A stretch of 45,302 nt of DNA from Candidatus Zixiibacteriota bacterium (GTDB lineage Bacteria > Zixibacteria > MSB-5A5 > CAIYYT01): positions 1 to 45,302 of the forward strand of contig JBECKX010000203.1 in NCBI GenBank assembly GCA_040235515.1, read 5' to 3'. The notes beneath the pieces were generated by a model that was not told the DNA's origin, did no database searches, and was given only the letters and a program-made list of their open reading frames with translations. The stretch's first letter is position 1. Every line of letters begins with the position of its first letter. Made by a program: the position numbers and the translations under genes. Below, piece by piece: positions 28,109-36,548 of the stretch.

Positions 28109-30361
28109 ATGCCGCACCTTATTGCTACTGCAGTAAATATCTCATTCTCACGTTCGCTCATTGTCTCATTGCTGGTTTTGCTGTTCCTGGCTGCCGGCGG
28201 CAGTGTAGTGGCAGAGCAGACCGCTCAAATCAGAATCGAATTCAAGGATAAGAAGCAATTCCAGGAAGTCCGCCAGCTTCAGCTTGACGTGGTTGAGTCG
28301 GAAGGCAATACGCAGGTTGCCTTCGTGTCACCGGAGGAGCTTTCACGACTGGACCAACTTGGGATCGAGTATACGGTGATTCACTCCGACGTTTCGGCCT
28401 TCTATGCAAGCCGTCTCGACAAGAATCGGACCATGGGTGGCTACCGGACGCTCTCGGAGATATACCTTGCGATGGATTCCATCGCGGCGGCGCATCCCGC
28501 GATTGTTTCCCCGCGAGACTCGATCGGCGCAACGATTGAGGGCAGGCCGATCTATGTGATGAAGATATCTGACAATGTGAGTTTTGATGAGGATGAGGAG
28601 GAGATTTACTACCACTCGGCGATTCACTGCCGCGAGGTGATTACCCCCGAAGTGCTGATCTACTTTATGCGCCATCTCACCAACAATTACGGTATCGATC
28701 CGGAAGCGACCTACATTGTCAACAATCGCGAGTTGTACTTTACGCTCGTGGTCAACCCGGACGGTTACTATTACAACGAGTTGACTGAGCCGAGCGGAGG
28801 AGGACTCTGGAGGAAGAATCGGCGGAACAATGGGGATGGCACCTTCGGAATAGACTTGAACCGCAATTTTGGCTATGAGTGGGGCTACGATGACGAGGGA
28901 TCGTCACCGTTCAGCAACAGCGAGACCTACCGCGGCACGGGACCGTTCTCGGAGCCGGAGACGCAGGGGATTCGCGACTTCATCGAATCGCGCAATTTTA
29001 CGATCACGCTGTCTTATCACTCGTACAGCAATATTTTCATCTATCCGTGGGGGTATGAAGAGATATACACACCGGAGCACTCGATCTTTGTCGCGATGGG
29101 GGATTCGATCCAGTCGTTCAATGGCTACAACCCGGGTACCGCCTGGGAGTTGCTGTATCCGGTCAACGGATCGACGGATGACTGGGGCTATGGCGAGACC
29201 ACGACCAAGAACAAGAACTATGCAGTCACGATAGAGGTGGGTGGATCGAGCGATGGCTTCTGGCCTCCAATATCCCGCATCACGCCATTGGTGCAGGAGA
29301 ACCTGGAAGGGAATCTTTTCATGGCGCGGATTGCTGATAAATTGCAGCAACTGGCGCCACCGGAGGCACCGGTCATTGTGCCGGTGGCTGACCCGATCGA
29401 GGTCGATTCCTTTACGCTTACCTGGACCCACAGCGATACATTAAACCCGGCTGTCTCATTTGAGGTGTGGCAACTGAGCGGTTTTGCGGCGACTTCGGAC
29501 AACGCGGAGACTCAAGCTAACCCGCGCTGGAATTTTGACGGATTCGAGGTGTCGACACAGTATGCTTCGAGTGGCACTCACTCGTACCACAGTGACTCTG
29601 GGGACGACCTCGACAATCGCCTGACGACGATCTACCCATACACGGTGCAGGCCGGAGACTCGCTTTTCTTCAAGGCGCGCTGGGATATCGAAAACAACTG
29701 GGATTATGCCTACGTTCAGGTATCAACCGATCAGGGTCTTAACTGGACCTCCATCCCCGGAAACATAACGACGACATCCAACCCCAATGGCACGAACCTG
29801 GGGAATGGCATAACGGGATCGCAGACGTTCTTCACGCAAGCGAAGTTCAGTCTTGGCAGTTACGTGGGGCAGTCGATCCTGTTGCGCTTCCGCTATGTGA
29901 CGGATGGATTTGTCGCCAATCCGGGATTCTGGGTTGACGATATTACTCCGATCGCGGGTTTTGCGAATGTGGGCCTGCTCTCAAGTTCGGTAGTGGGTAC
30001 TGAATATCTCGTGGAGGATCTGGAGAGTGGCATTTACAGTTACAGGGTGCGGGCGAAGGATGCCGAGAACCAGCAGTCTGTGTTCAGCAATCTGGAAGAG
30101 GTTGAGATCGATCTGCCGCCGGCTTGCAGTTGGTTGGTGGGTGATGCAAACGGTGATTTAACTTACTCGATTGCGGATGCGGTCCATATCATCAACTTCA
30201 TTTTCGGCGGTGGTGCCGCTCCCGTTCCGAGCGCTATAGGATCGGGCGATGCCGATTGCAGTGGCAGTGTTTCGGTTGGAGATGCGGTGCTCCTGATAAA
30301 CTACATCTTCGGTAGCGGAAGCGCGCCGGGTAGTGGGTGTAGCTGCACAGACTTTCTCTAG
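28109..30361 (+). CDS. Secreted M14 zinc carboxypeptidase (carboxypeptidase T-like) with FN3/jelly-roll region and C-terminal dockerin-like domain
   Basis: HCRE, WRKNRR, GIDLNRN, SEPET, YHSYS and TIEV motifs; DIENNWDYAYVQVSTD module; duplicated GDA(N/D)..G....DAV..IN.IF motif. Confidence 0.93.
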   Translation: MPHLIATAVNISFSRSLIVSLLVLLFLAAGGSVVAEQTAQIRIEFKDKKQFQEVRQLQLDVVESEGNTQVAFVSPEELSRLDQLGIEYTVIHSDVSAFYASRLDKNRTMGGYRTLSEIYLAMDSIAAAHPAIVSPRDSIGATIEGRPIYVMKISDNVSFDEDEEEIYYHSAIHCREVITPEVLIYFMRHLTNNYGIDPEATYIVNNRELYFTLVVNPDGYYYNELTEPSGGGLWRKNRRNNGDGTFGIDLNRNFGYEWGYDDEGSSPFSNSETYRGTGPFSEPETQGIRDFIESRNFTITLSYHSYSNIFIYPWGYEEIYTPEHSIFVAMGDSIQSFNGYNPGTAWELLYPVNGSTDDWGYGETTTKNKNYAVTIEVGGSSDGFWPPISRITPLVQENLEGNLFMARIADKLQQLAPPEAPVIVPVADPIEVDSFTLTWTHSDTLNPAVSFEVWQLSGFAATSDNAETQANPRWNFDGFEVSTQYASSGTHSYHSDSGDDLDNRLTTIYPYTVQAGDSLFFKARWDIENNWDYAYVQVSTDQGLNWTSIPGNITTTSNPNGTNLGNGITGSQTFFTQAKFSLGSYVGQSILLRFRYVTDGFVANPGFWVDDITPIAGFANVGLLSSSVVGTEYLVEDLESGIYSYRVRAKDAENQQSVFSNLEEVEIDLPPACSWLVGDANGDLTYSIADAVHIINFIFGGGAAPVPSAIGSGDADCSGSVSVGDAVLLINYIFGSGSAPGSGCSCTDFL

Positions 30362-30438
30362 AATTGGACGTGGGCCGACCAGAAGCGGCTGGTGGGGCAC
30401 GATTGTTTCTCCGGACTTAACTCTCAGAATTTCCCCCC

Positions 30439-30474
30439 AAAAAGAAAGCAGAGGCTCTGTTGAGGAGCCTCTGC
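30439..30474 (-). terminator. Intrinsic terminator oriented for a minus-strand transcript
   Basis: Perfect 10-bp stem gcagaggctc / gagcctctgc; the minus strand continues tttcttttt. Confidence 0.75.
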
Positions 30475-30513
30475 CTAGCGGATAGTTTGGTAAGACACTA
30501 CTGGCCAAGACAC
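30439..30513 (-). ncRNA. Candidate ~75-nt sigma54-dependent small RNA
   Basis: Bounded by a -24/-12 promoter and a terminator in the same orientation, with no SD-preceded ORF between them. Confidence 0.55.
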
Positions 30514-30522
30514 CATATTTAA

Positions 30523-30567
30523 AGCAATGACCGTGCCGAATTCCGAGAAAGTTTAACTTGTTGTATT
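30523..30567 (-). promoter_or_regulatory. Sigma54 (-24/-12) promoter with upstream IHF-like site
   Basis: Minus strand CGGCACGGTCATTGCT (GG-N10-GC) at 30538-30523, and atacaacaagtta (CAA-N4-TTA) at ~30566-30554. Confidence 0.65.
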
Positions 30568-30858
30568 TCAAGCGATTTCCGGCCACTTAATGTCGGCCTT
30601 CAAACATAGAGTGTCGATAATCTGAACACCCGAGTCAGTCTCGGCATTATCAGAATCTGTTAAAGGGTTGCAATAGTTAGCTTTAGATTGAAGATTAGTT
30701 TCGTTCAAGTTAGCGACATCCCGCATCGCTTTCGTCAAAGGCAGTCGTATCGGATCGAAGGAAGTAGAGTTTCGGGTCAGAGTTTGAGAGTCACTTCCTG
30801 CTTTCGTGGCGTTGAAAGTCCTTGAGTCGGGAAATTCAATTTCATAACCTCAGTGCTA

Positions 30859-32076
30859 ATGAACGACTCAGGCACTACATATTCGGTCAGCGAGATCACG
30901 CGTCAGATCAGAGAGTTGCTTGAAGGGGAGTATCAATCGATCTGGGTGGAGGGTGAGATATCCAATTACAAGCATCACACCTCGGGTCATCGTTATTTCA
31001 CGCTGAAGGATGAATCTGCGCAGTTAAAGGCGGTGATCTGGCGGTTCAACGCTCAGTCGCTAAAGCTTGACCCCAAGGATGGGCTCCAGGTGCGCGCTTT
31101 CGGTGATATTACGCTTTACGAGAAGGGTGGTTACTATCAGCTACGGGTTATCAGGATGGAGCCGCTTGGTCTGGGATCGTTGGAGGAGCGCTTCCGCCGC
31201 CTTAAAGAAAAGCTTGAAGCTGAGGGATTGTTCGATCCGGCGCACAAGAAGCCGATACCACGCTTTCCAGCGACGATCGGGCTGGTGACTTCAGCAACCG
31301 GAGCGGCGATTCGCGATATGGTTCATGTCGCCCGCCGTCGTGCGCCGATGGTGCGGCTGGTTGTGCGTCCGACAGCAGTACAGGGTGATGCTGCGGCACC
31401 CGATATCGCCAGGGCGATTGAGGAGTTTAACCGTTGGGGTGAGGCGGATTTGTTGATTGTTGGAAGGGGAGGCGGTTCACTTGAGGATCTCTGGGCGTTC
31501 AACGAAGAGGTTGTGGCCCGTGCGATTTATGATTCGAGGATACCGATAATTTCCGCGATTGGGCATGAGACAGACTTTTCGATCTCCGATTTTGTGGCTG
31601 ATCTGCGCGCGCCGACCCCATCGGCTGCGGCGGAGGTGGCGACCTACGATGCTGCTTCGTATCGCGCGCTGCTGCAGGAATTGACGATTCGTATTCGCAA
31701 TGCTCTGCAGCGCAACACGGCGTTGCGCAGAGAGCGGCTGGAACGGCTGGTTCGTTCGCGCTGGCTGCGTTCGCCTCAAGTATTACTTGAAGCTCCGGCG
31801 CAGCGGCTGGATGATCTGTCGAGCAGACTGGCGCGCGCTGCCGGGCAACTATTGAAGGATCGGCGCAGCCGGTTTTCGTTGCTTGCGGAGAAGCTGGCTG
31901 TCTTGTCGCCCCAGAGCGTGTTGAAACGGGGATTTGCCGTGGTCCGAGGCGTGGATGATGGTGGAATCGTAAAATCGGTGAGTGCGCTGACGGAGGGGAG
32001 TGCCATAGAGGTAGAGTTTGCGGATGGGAGCGTGGCGGCGAGCGTTGAGCGGATTATTCCGAAACAGGGGGAGTAG
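30859..32076 (+). CDS. xseA: Exodeoxyribonuclease VII large subunit
   Basis: WVEGEISN..SGHRYFTLKD, GRGGGSLEDLWAFN, AIGHETD and RAPTPSAAAE motifs. Confidence 0.98.
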   Translation: MNDSGTTYSVSEITRQIRELLEGEYQSIWVEGEISNYKHHTSGHRYFTLKDESAQLKAVIWRFNAQSLKLDPKDGLQVRAFGDITLYEKGGYYQLRVIRMEPLGLGSLEERFRRLKEKLEAEGLFDPAHKKPIPRFPATIGLVTSATGAAIRDMVHVARRRAPMVRLVVRPTAVQGDAAAPDIARAIEEFNRWGEADLLIVGRGGGSLEDLWAFNEEVVARAIYDSRIPIISAIGHETDFSISDFVADLRAPTPSAAAEVATYDAASYRALLQELTIRIRNALQRNTALRRERLERLVRSRWLRSPQVLLEAPAQRLDDLSSRLARAAGQLLKDRRSRFSLLAEKLAVLSPQSVLKRGFAVVRGVDDGGIVKSVSALTEGSAIEVEFADGSVAASVERIIPKQGE

Positions 32077-32102
32077 GGGCAAGTATTTATCGGTAAGAAT
32101 GA

Positions 32103-32130
32103 TTGCTTTACCGCCTCAATCTGATATACT
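32103..32130 (+). promoter_or_regulatory. Sigma70 promoter upstream of xseB-ispA
   Basis: TTGCTT-N16-(TGa)TATACT. Confidence 0.6.
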
Positions 32131-32258
32131 CTCTGCACGCGAAAAGTTACTGATTGGTGACGCTTGAGGCGTAGCACTTACAATATGCCGTAGATTCCCT
32201 GTATGCCCACTATGGAGGCTGACAGCAACGGCTGTGGGATTCAACCCGAAGTTTTGAG

Positions 32259-32504
32259 ATGATGGCCAGGTCAGAAGCTACATTCGAACAAAATTTGGAA
32301 GAGCTTGAGGAAGTCGTTGCTAACCTCGAGCAGGGTGATCTGCCGCTCGATGAGGCGATCAAGCTGTTTCAGCGGGGCATGGAGCTGACGAAGTTGTGCG
32401 GTGCACGGCTGGCGACCGCTGAGGAGAAGATTCAGAAGCTGGTTGCCGAGCATGACAAGTTTACTTTGCAGCCATTCGGGAATAGTGATGACGACGACAG
32501 CTAA
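32259..32504 (+). CDS. xseB: Exodeoxyribonuclease VII small subunit
   Basis: FEQNLEELEEVVANLEQGDLPLDEAIKLFQRGMEL..C...L..AE.K motif. Confidence 0.97.
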   Translation: MMARSEATFEQNLEELEEVVANLEQGDLPLDEAIKLFQRGMELTKLCGARLATAEEKIQKLVAEHDKFTLQPFGNSDDDDS

Positions 32505-33363
32505 GGCACCAGAGGTCAGATTTGGCGCGATGCGGGAACGGATTGACCAGACCCTGTCGCAGTTGCTTCCGGAGCCGACCCCGGATCCGGGAAAGTTGCA
32601 TGAGGCGATGCGCTATTCTGTGCTCGCGGGTGGAAAGCGGATCCGTCCGGTGCTGGCGATTTCATCCTACTACGCGACCGGGGGGGAGAGTGACGATATC
32701 TATCGTTATGCCTGTGCCCTGGAGTTGCTCCACACCTACTCGCTGATCCACGACGATTTACCATGTATGGATGATGACGATTTTCGTCGCGGGCAGCCCA
32801 CGCTCCATCGCAAGTATTCTGAGTATATCGCGGTGCTTGCGGGGGATGCGCTTCATGCGCTGGCGTTTGAGGTCCTGGCGGGCAGTGGCGATACAGAGGT
32901 GATCAGAGAAGTGAGCCAGGCGATCGGCACAGAGGGGATGATCGGCGGACAGGTACGTGATGTGGAAGCGGAGGGGCACGAGGTGAACCTGAAGCAGGTG
33001 GAGGCGATCCATCGACGCAAGACCGCTGCGCTGATTCGCGCTTCGATCAAGATCGGCGCAATGCTGGCGAAGGCTCCGGCTGAAGTGGTGAATAAGCTGG
33101 AACAATTCGGCGAGCGACTCGGTTTGGCATTTCAAATAATCGATGACGTGCTGGATGTCGAAGGGGACTTTGCCGACCTCGGCAAGTCTACCGGCGCCGA
33201 TTCACGGCTTGCCAAGGCGACTTATCCAAAGGTCCTCGGGGTCGAGAAGTCGCGCAAGGAGGCGTTATCTTTAATTGCGGAAGCGAAAAGTATTCTGGCA
33301 GAATTTCCTCAACGTGATATCTTTTGCGAATTGGCCGACTTCGTGGTTGCCCGGAAGAACTAG
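32488..33363 (+). CDS. ispA: Geranyltranstransferase / farnesyl-diphosphate synthase
   Basis: GGKRIRP, YSLIHDDLPCMDDDDFRRG and FQIIDDVLD motifs; start placed at ATG 32488, overlapping the xseB end. Confidence 0.95.
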   Translation: MTTTAKAPEVRFGAMRERIDQTLSQLLPEPTPDPGKLHEAMRYSVLAGGKRIRPVLAISSYYATGGESDDIYRYACALELLHTYSLIHDDLPCMDDDDFRRGQPTLHRKYSEYIAVLAGDALHALAFEVLAGSGDTEVIREVSQAIGTEGMIGGQVRDVEAEGHEVNLKQVEAIHRRKTAALIRASIKIGAMLAKAPAEVVNKLEQFGERLGLAFQIIDDVLDVEGDFADLGKSTGADSRLAKATYPKVLGVEKSRKEALSLIAEAKSILAEFPQRDIFCELADFVVARKN

Positions 33364-33484
33364 CGCCGGCAGTGCGGTTGTTTACCGGGAGAGGATGAAT
33401 GAAGGCGCGGCCGAGAGGAAAATCGCGCAGTGGTGTTCAGATTTAGCATGAACTTGAATTCAGTTGTGGAGTATCATATAGCAA

Positions 33485-35473
33485 ATGAGTGAGCAAACGA
33501 CGCCGTTACTTTCAGGCATAAAATCACCCGCGGACTTGAAGAAGCTTTCGGTAGAACAGCTTCCCGAACTGTCAAAGGAGATTCGCGACCAGCTATTGAC
33601 GGTTCTCTCGCAGGTTGGCGGACATCTTGGCGGAAATCTCGGCGTAGTCGAACTCTCCGTGGCGCTCCACTACATTTATGACAGCCCGACAGACAAGATT
33701 ATCTTCGACACCGGCCATCAGAGCTATGTACACAAGATGCTTACCGGTCGCAACGAGAAGATGCATACGATTCGCCAGCTCAACGGGCTCTCCGGATTCG
33801 CGAAGATAACGGAGTCGGAGCATGACATTTACGGCGCCGGTCACGCATCGACGTCGATCTCCGCCGCTTACGGAATGGCGGTGGGACGCGACCTGTCCAA
33901 GCAGAATCATCATGTGGTCGCGATCATCGGCGATGGGGCGCTGACCGGGGGGATGGCGTTCGAGGGCTTGAATAACCTCGGCCATTCGGGTCGCAACATG
34001 CTGGTAATCCTCAATGATAATTCGATGTCGATCGACAAGAATGTCGGTGCGATGTCGGAGTATCTCACCGAGGTGCGCGCGGATCAGACCTACAATAAGA
34101 TTAAGGATCATATCTGGCAGCTCACCGGGAAAGCACCCCTCGGGTCGACGATCAGAGAGGTGATGCACAAGGTTGACGAGACGGTCAAGAGTGTGCTGGT
34201 TCCGGGAGTGATATTCGAGAAGCTGGGATTCCGTTATTTTGGCCCGATCGACGGCCACGACGTCAAAGCGCTCGTGAAGATCATGCGAGACATCAAGGAG
34301 TTAAACGGCCCGGTGCTGTTGCATTTCAGGACTCAGAAAGGCAAGGGTTACAAGCCGGCCGAGGAGGATGCCTGTTGTCTGCACGGTGTCGGCAAATTCG
34401 ATAAGGTTACCGGCAAGGCTGACAAGAAGAAGGGGATGGCGTATACCAAGGTGTTCAGCCAGGCGATCTGCGAGATGGGCCGGGAACACCCCGACATGGT
34501 GGCCATTACGGCGGCGATGCCATCGGGCACGGGCTTGATTCCGTTCAGCGAGGAGTTTCCGGAACGGTTTTTTGATGTAGGTATTGCGGAGCAGCATGGA
34601 GCGGTTTTCGCGGCGGGATTGGCGCGCGCCGGAAAGAAGCCGGTGTTTGCGGTGTATTCGACATTCCTGCAGCGGGCGTACGATCCGGTAATCCATGATA
34701 TCGCGCTACAGAAACTTCCGGTGCTGTTTGCGCTGGATCGTGCGGGCCTGGTGGGCAACGACGGTCCGACGCACCACGGCTGCTTTGATATCTCCTATCT
34801 CAGACCGGTGCCGGGGATGACGATCATCGCACCGAAGGATGGCACGGAGATGCATCAGGCGCTTCACCTTTCGATGAAGAATTTCGACGGCCCGATAGCG
34901 ATCCGCTGGCCCCGGGGGAATATCCCTGAGGGCGAGTTACAGCAGCGTCCGATGTTCGAGTGGGGGACGTGGGAAATTCTGCGGGACGGAATGCATGGCG
35001 TGATTCTGGCGGTCGGTACGATGGTGAACAGCGCCCTGACTGCGGCGGAGCAACTTTCCGCTGAGGGAATGGAGCTGGCGGTGGTCAACTGCCGCTTCGT
35101 GAAGCCGTTCGACGAGCAAATCCTTACCCAGGTGGTGAATCGTTACCAGAACATAATCACTATCGAGGAGGGGAGCCTGATAGGCGGGTTCGGATCGGGA
35201 ATCGGAGAGTGGTTGACGGAGCATGGGCTGCGGGACAAGAATCTTCTGCGGCTCGGGTTGCCGGATAAGTTTATCGAGCATGGCGGGCGCGACGAGTTGC
35301 TGGCCATGGTCAACCTGCTGCCTGCGGGGATTGCGAAGTCGATCGCTAACTTGATTCGTTCGGAAGGCAAGCATCGCCTTCAGATAAAGCCGCTGTCCAC
35401 CGGGGTTGAGCACCCGCTCGAGAAGACGGTTGACAGGACCGCTGAGTACCGGGTAGCTGAGGGAAACGACTAA
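33485..35473 (+). CDS. dxs: 1-deoxy-D-xylulose-5-phosphate synthase
   Basis: GGHLGGNLGVVEL, GHASTSIS, GDGALTGGMAFE..NDN, DVGIAEQH and DGPTHHG motifs. Confidence 0.99.
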   Translation: MSEQTTPLLSGIKSPADLKKLSVEQLPELSKEIRDQLLTVLSQVGGHLGGNLGVVELSVALHYIYDSPTDKIIFDTGHQSYVHKMLTGRNEKMHTIRQLNGLSGFAKITESEHDIYGAGHASTSISAAYGMAVGRDLSKQNHHVVAIIGDGALTGGMAFEGLNNLGHSGRNMLVILNDNSMSIDKNVGAMSEYLTEVRADQTYNKIKDHIWQLTGKAPLGSTIREVMHKVDETVKSVLVPGVIFEKLGFRYFGPIDGHDVKALVKIMRDIKELNGPVLLHFRTQKGKGYKPAEEDACCLHGVGKFDKVTGKADKKKGMAYTKVFSQAICEMGREHPDMVAITAAMPSGTGLIPFSEEFPERFFDVGIAEQHGAVFAAGLARAGKKPVFAVYSTFLQRAYDPVIHDIALQKLPVLFALDRAGLVGNDGPTHHGCFDISYLRPVPGMTIIAPKDGTEMHQALHLSMKNFDGPIAIRWPRGNIPEGELQQRPMFEWGTWEILRDGMHGVILAVGTMVNSALTAAEQLSAEGMELAVVNCRFVKPFDEQILTQVVNRYQNIITIEEGSLIGGFGSGIGEWLTEHGLRDKNLLRLGLPDKFIEHGGRDELLAMVNLLPAGIAKSIANLIRSEGKHRLQIKPLSTGVEHPLEKTVDRTAEYRVAEGND

Positions 35474-35547
35474 CCGGCAGACGCGGTTAGAGCGACATTC
35501 CCGGCAGCCGGATGGTTCAGCTTAGACTTTTGCGAGAGTAGTATCAG

Positions 35548-36417
35548 ATGCGCATCGGAATCATTGCCAACAGGAAACGTCCGCGCGCTGATCAGATAAT
35601 CCGCGAAGTCCTCGATTGGATTTCCTCCCATCAACAAGAATATTACCTCTGCCATGAATTGATAGACCTGGCTCCCGATCCGGAGCGGGCGTTGCCTCGT
35701 TCCGAGTTGTGCAGCAGTTGTGATTTGATCGTTTCGATGGGTGGAGACGGTACCTTGCTGGCGACAGCGCGCGATGTTGGGGATGCCGAAACGCCGATCC
35801 TCGGGGTCAATCTGGGTTCGCTTGGTTTCCTGACACAGATCTCGGCGCAGGATGTGAGTGAGTACCTGCAGTTGATTGTGGATGGCAAACATGAAGTGGA
35901 ATCGCGCATGATGCTTCAAGCAAGCCTGATAAACTCGGACAAGAATGTGGTTTACAAGGCGCTCAATGATGTCGTCGTTGATCGCGGTTCGGTGGCACGC
36001 CTGATTCATCTCGATTTGTATGTGAACGACGAGTATATCTCGACCTATCGGGCAGATGGGTTGATTATCTGCACGCCTACCGGCTCGACCGCTTACAACT
36101 CTGCCGTCGGTGGACCGATTTTGAACCCGCTGATGTCAGCGATAACAGCTTCACCGATGGCGCCTCAGTCGCTGGCGGCGCGACCGCTGTTGTTTGACGG
36201 TGACGATGTGATACGGATCAAGGTTCCGTCGCAGGAGCATAACGCGCTGATGACGATCGACGGACAAATCTCGGCGCCGATCGATCAGCACGTAGAGGTG
36301 GAGATCAGGAAAGCTAAGTCGGTGACAAAGCTTGTAACGTTCCCGCACAACTCGTTTTACAAGATTCTTCGAACAAAACTGCACTGGGCTGTGTTGCCAC
36401 GGACACAGTCTGAATAG
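35548..36417 (+). CDS. nadK: NAD kinase
   Basis: GGDGTLL, GVNLGSLGFL, ALNDV and DGLIICTPTGSTAY motifs. Confidence 0.98.
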   Translation: MRIGIIANRKRPRADQIIREVLDWISSHQQEYYLCHELIDLAPDPERALPRSELCSSCDLIVSMGGDGTLLATARDVGDAETPILGVNLGSLGFLTQISAQDVSEYLQLIVDGKHEVESRMMLQASLINSDKNVVYKALNDVVVDRGSVARLIHLDLYVNDEYISTYRADGLIICTPTGSTAYNSAVGGPILNPLMSAITASPMAPQSLAARPLLFDGDDVIRIKVPSQEHNALMTIDGQISAPIDQHVEVEIRKAKSVTKLVTFPHNSFYKILRTKLHWAVLPRTQSE

Positions 36418-36548
36418 GTTATGCAGATTTAATTTCCGCCGGACACAACCGATTTCATTCCCCTAAAACTCTATTGGACGGTATCTTGTACTTCTGCGTA
36501 CAATCAGTGACACGGACGGTGACACTGGCAGAACCGGGTACAGTTGGG

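Noticed and set aside
30158..30586. 142-aa minus-strand ORF as the product of the sigma54 promoter
   Set aside because: It starts upstream of the promoter, crosses the terminator and overlaps the carboxypeptidase gene antisense.
32401..32487. Upstream GTG start for ispA given in the ORF track
   Set aside because: It would overlap xseB by about 100 nt with a non-homologous extension; ATG 32488 fits the family length.
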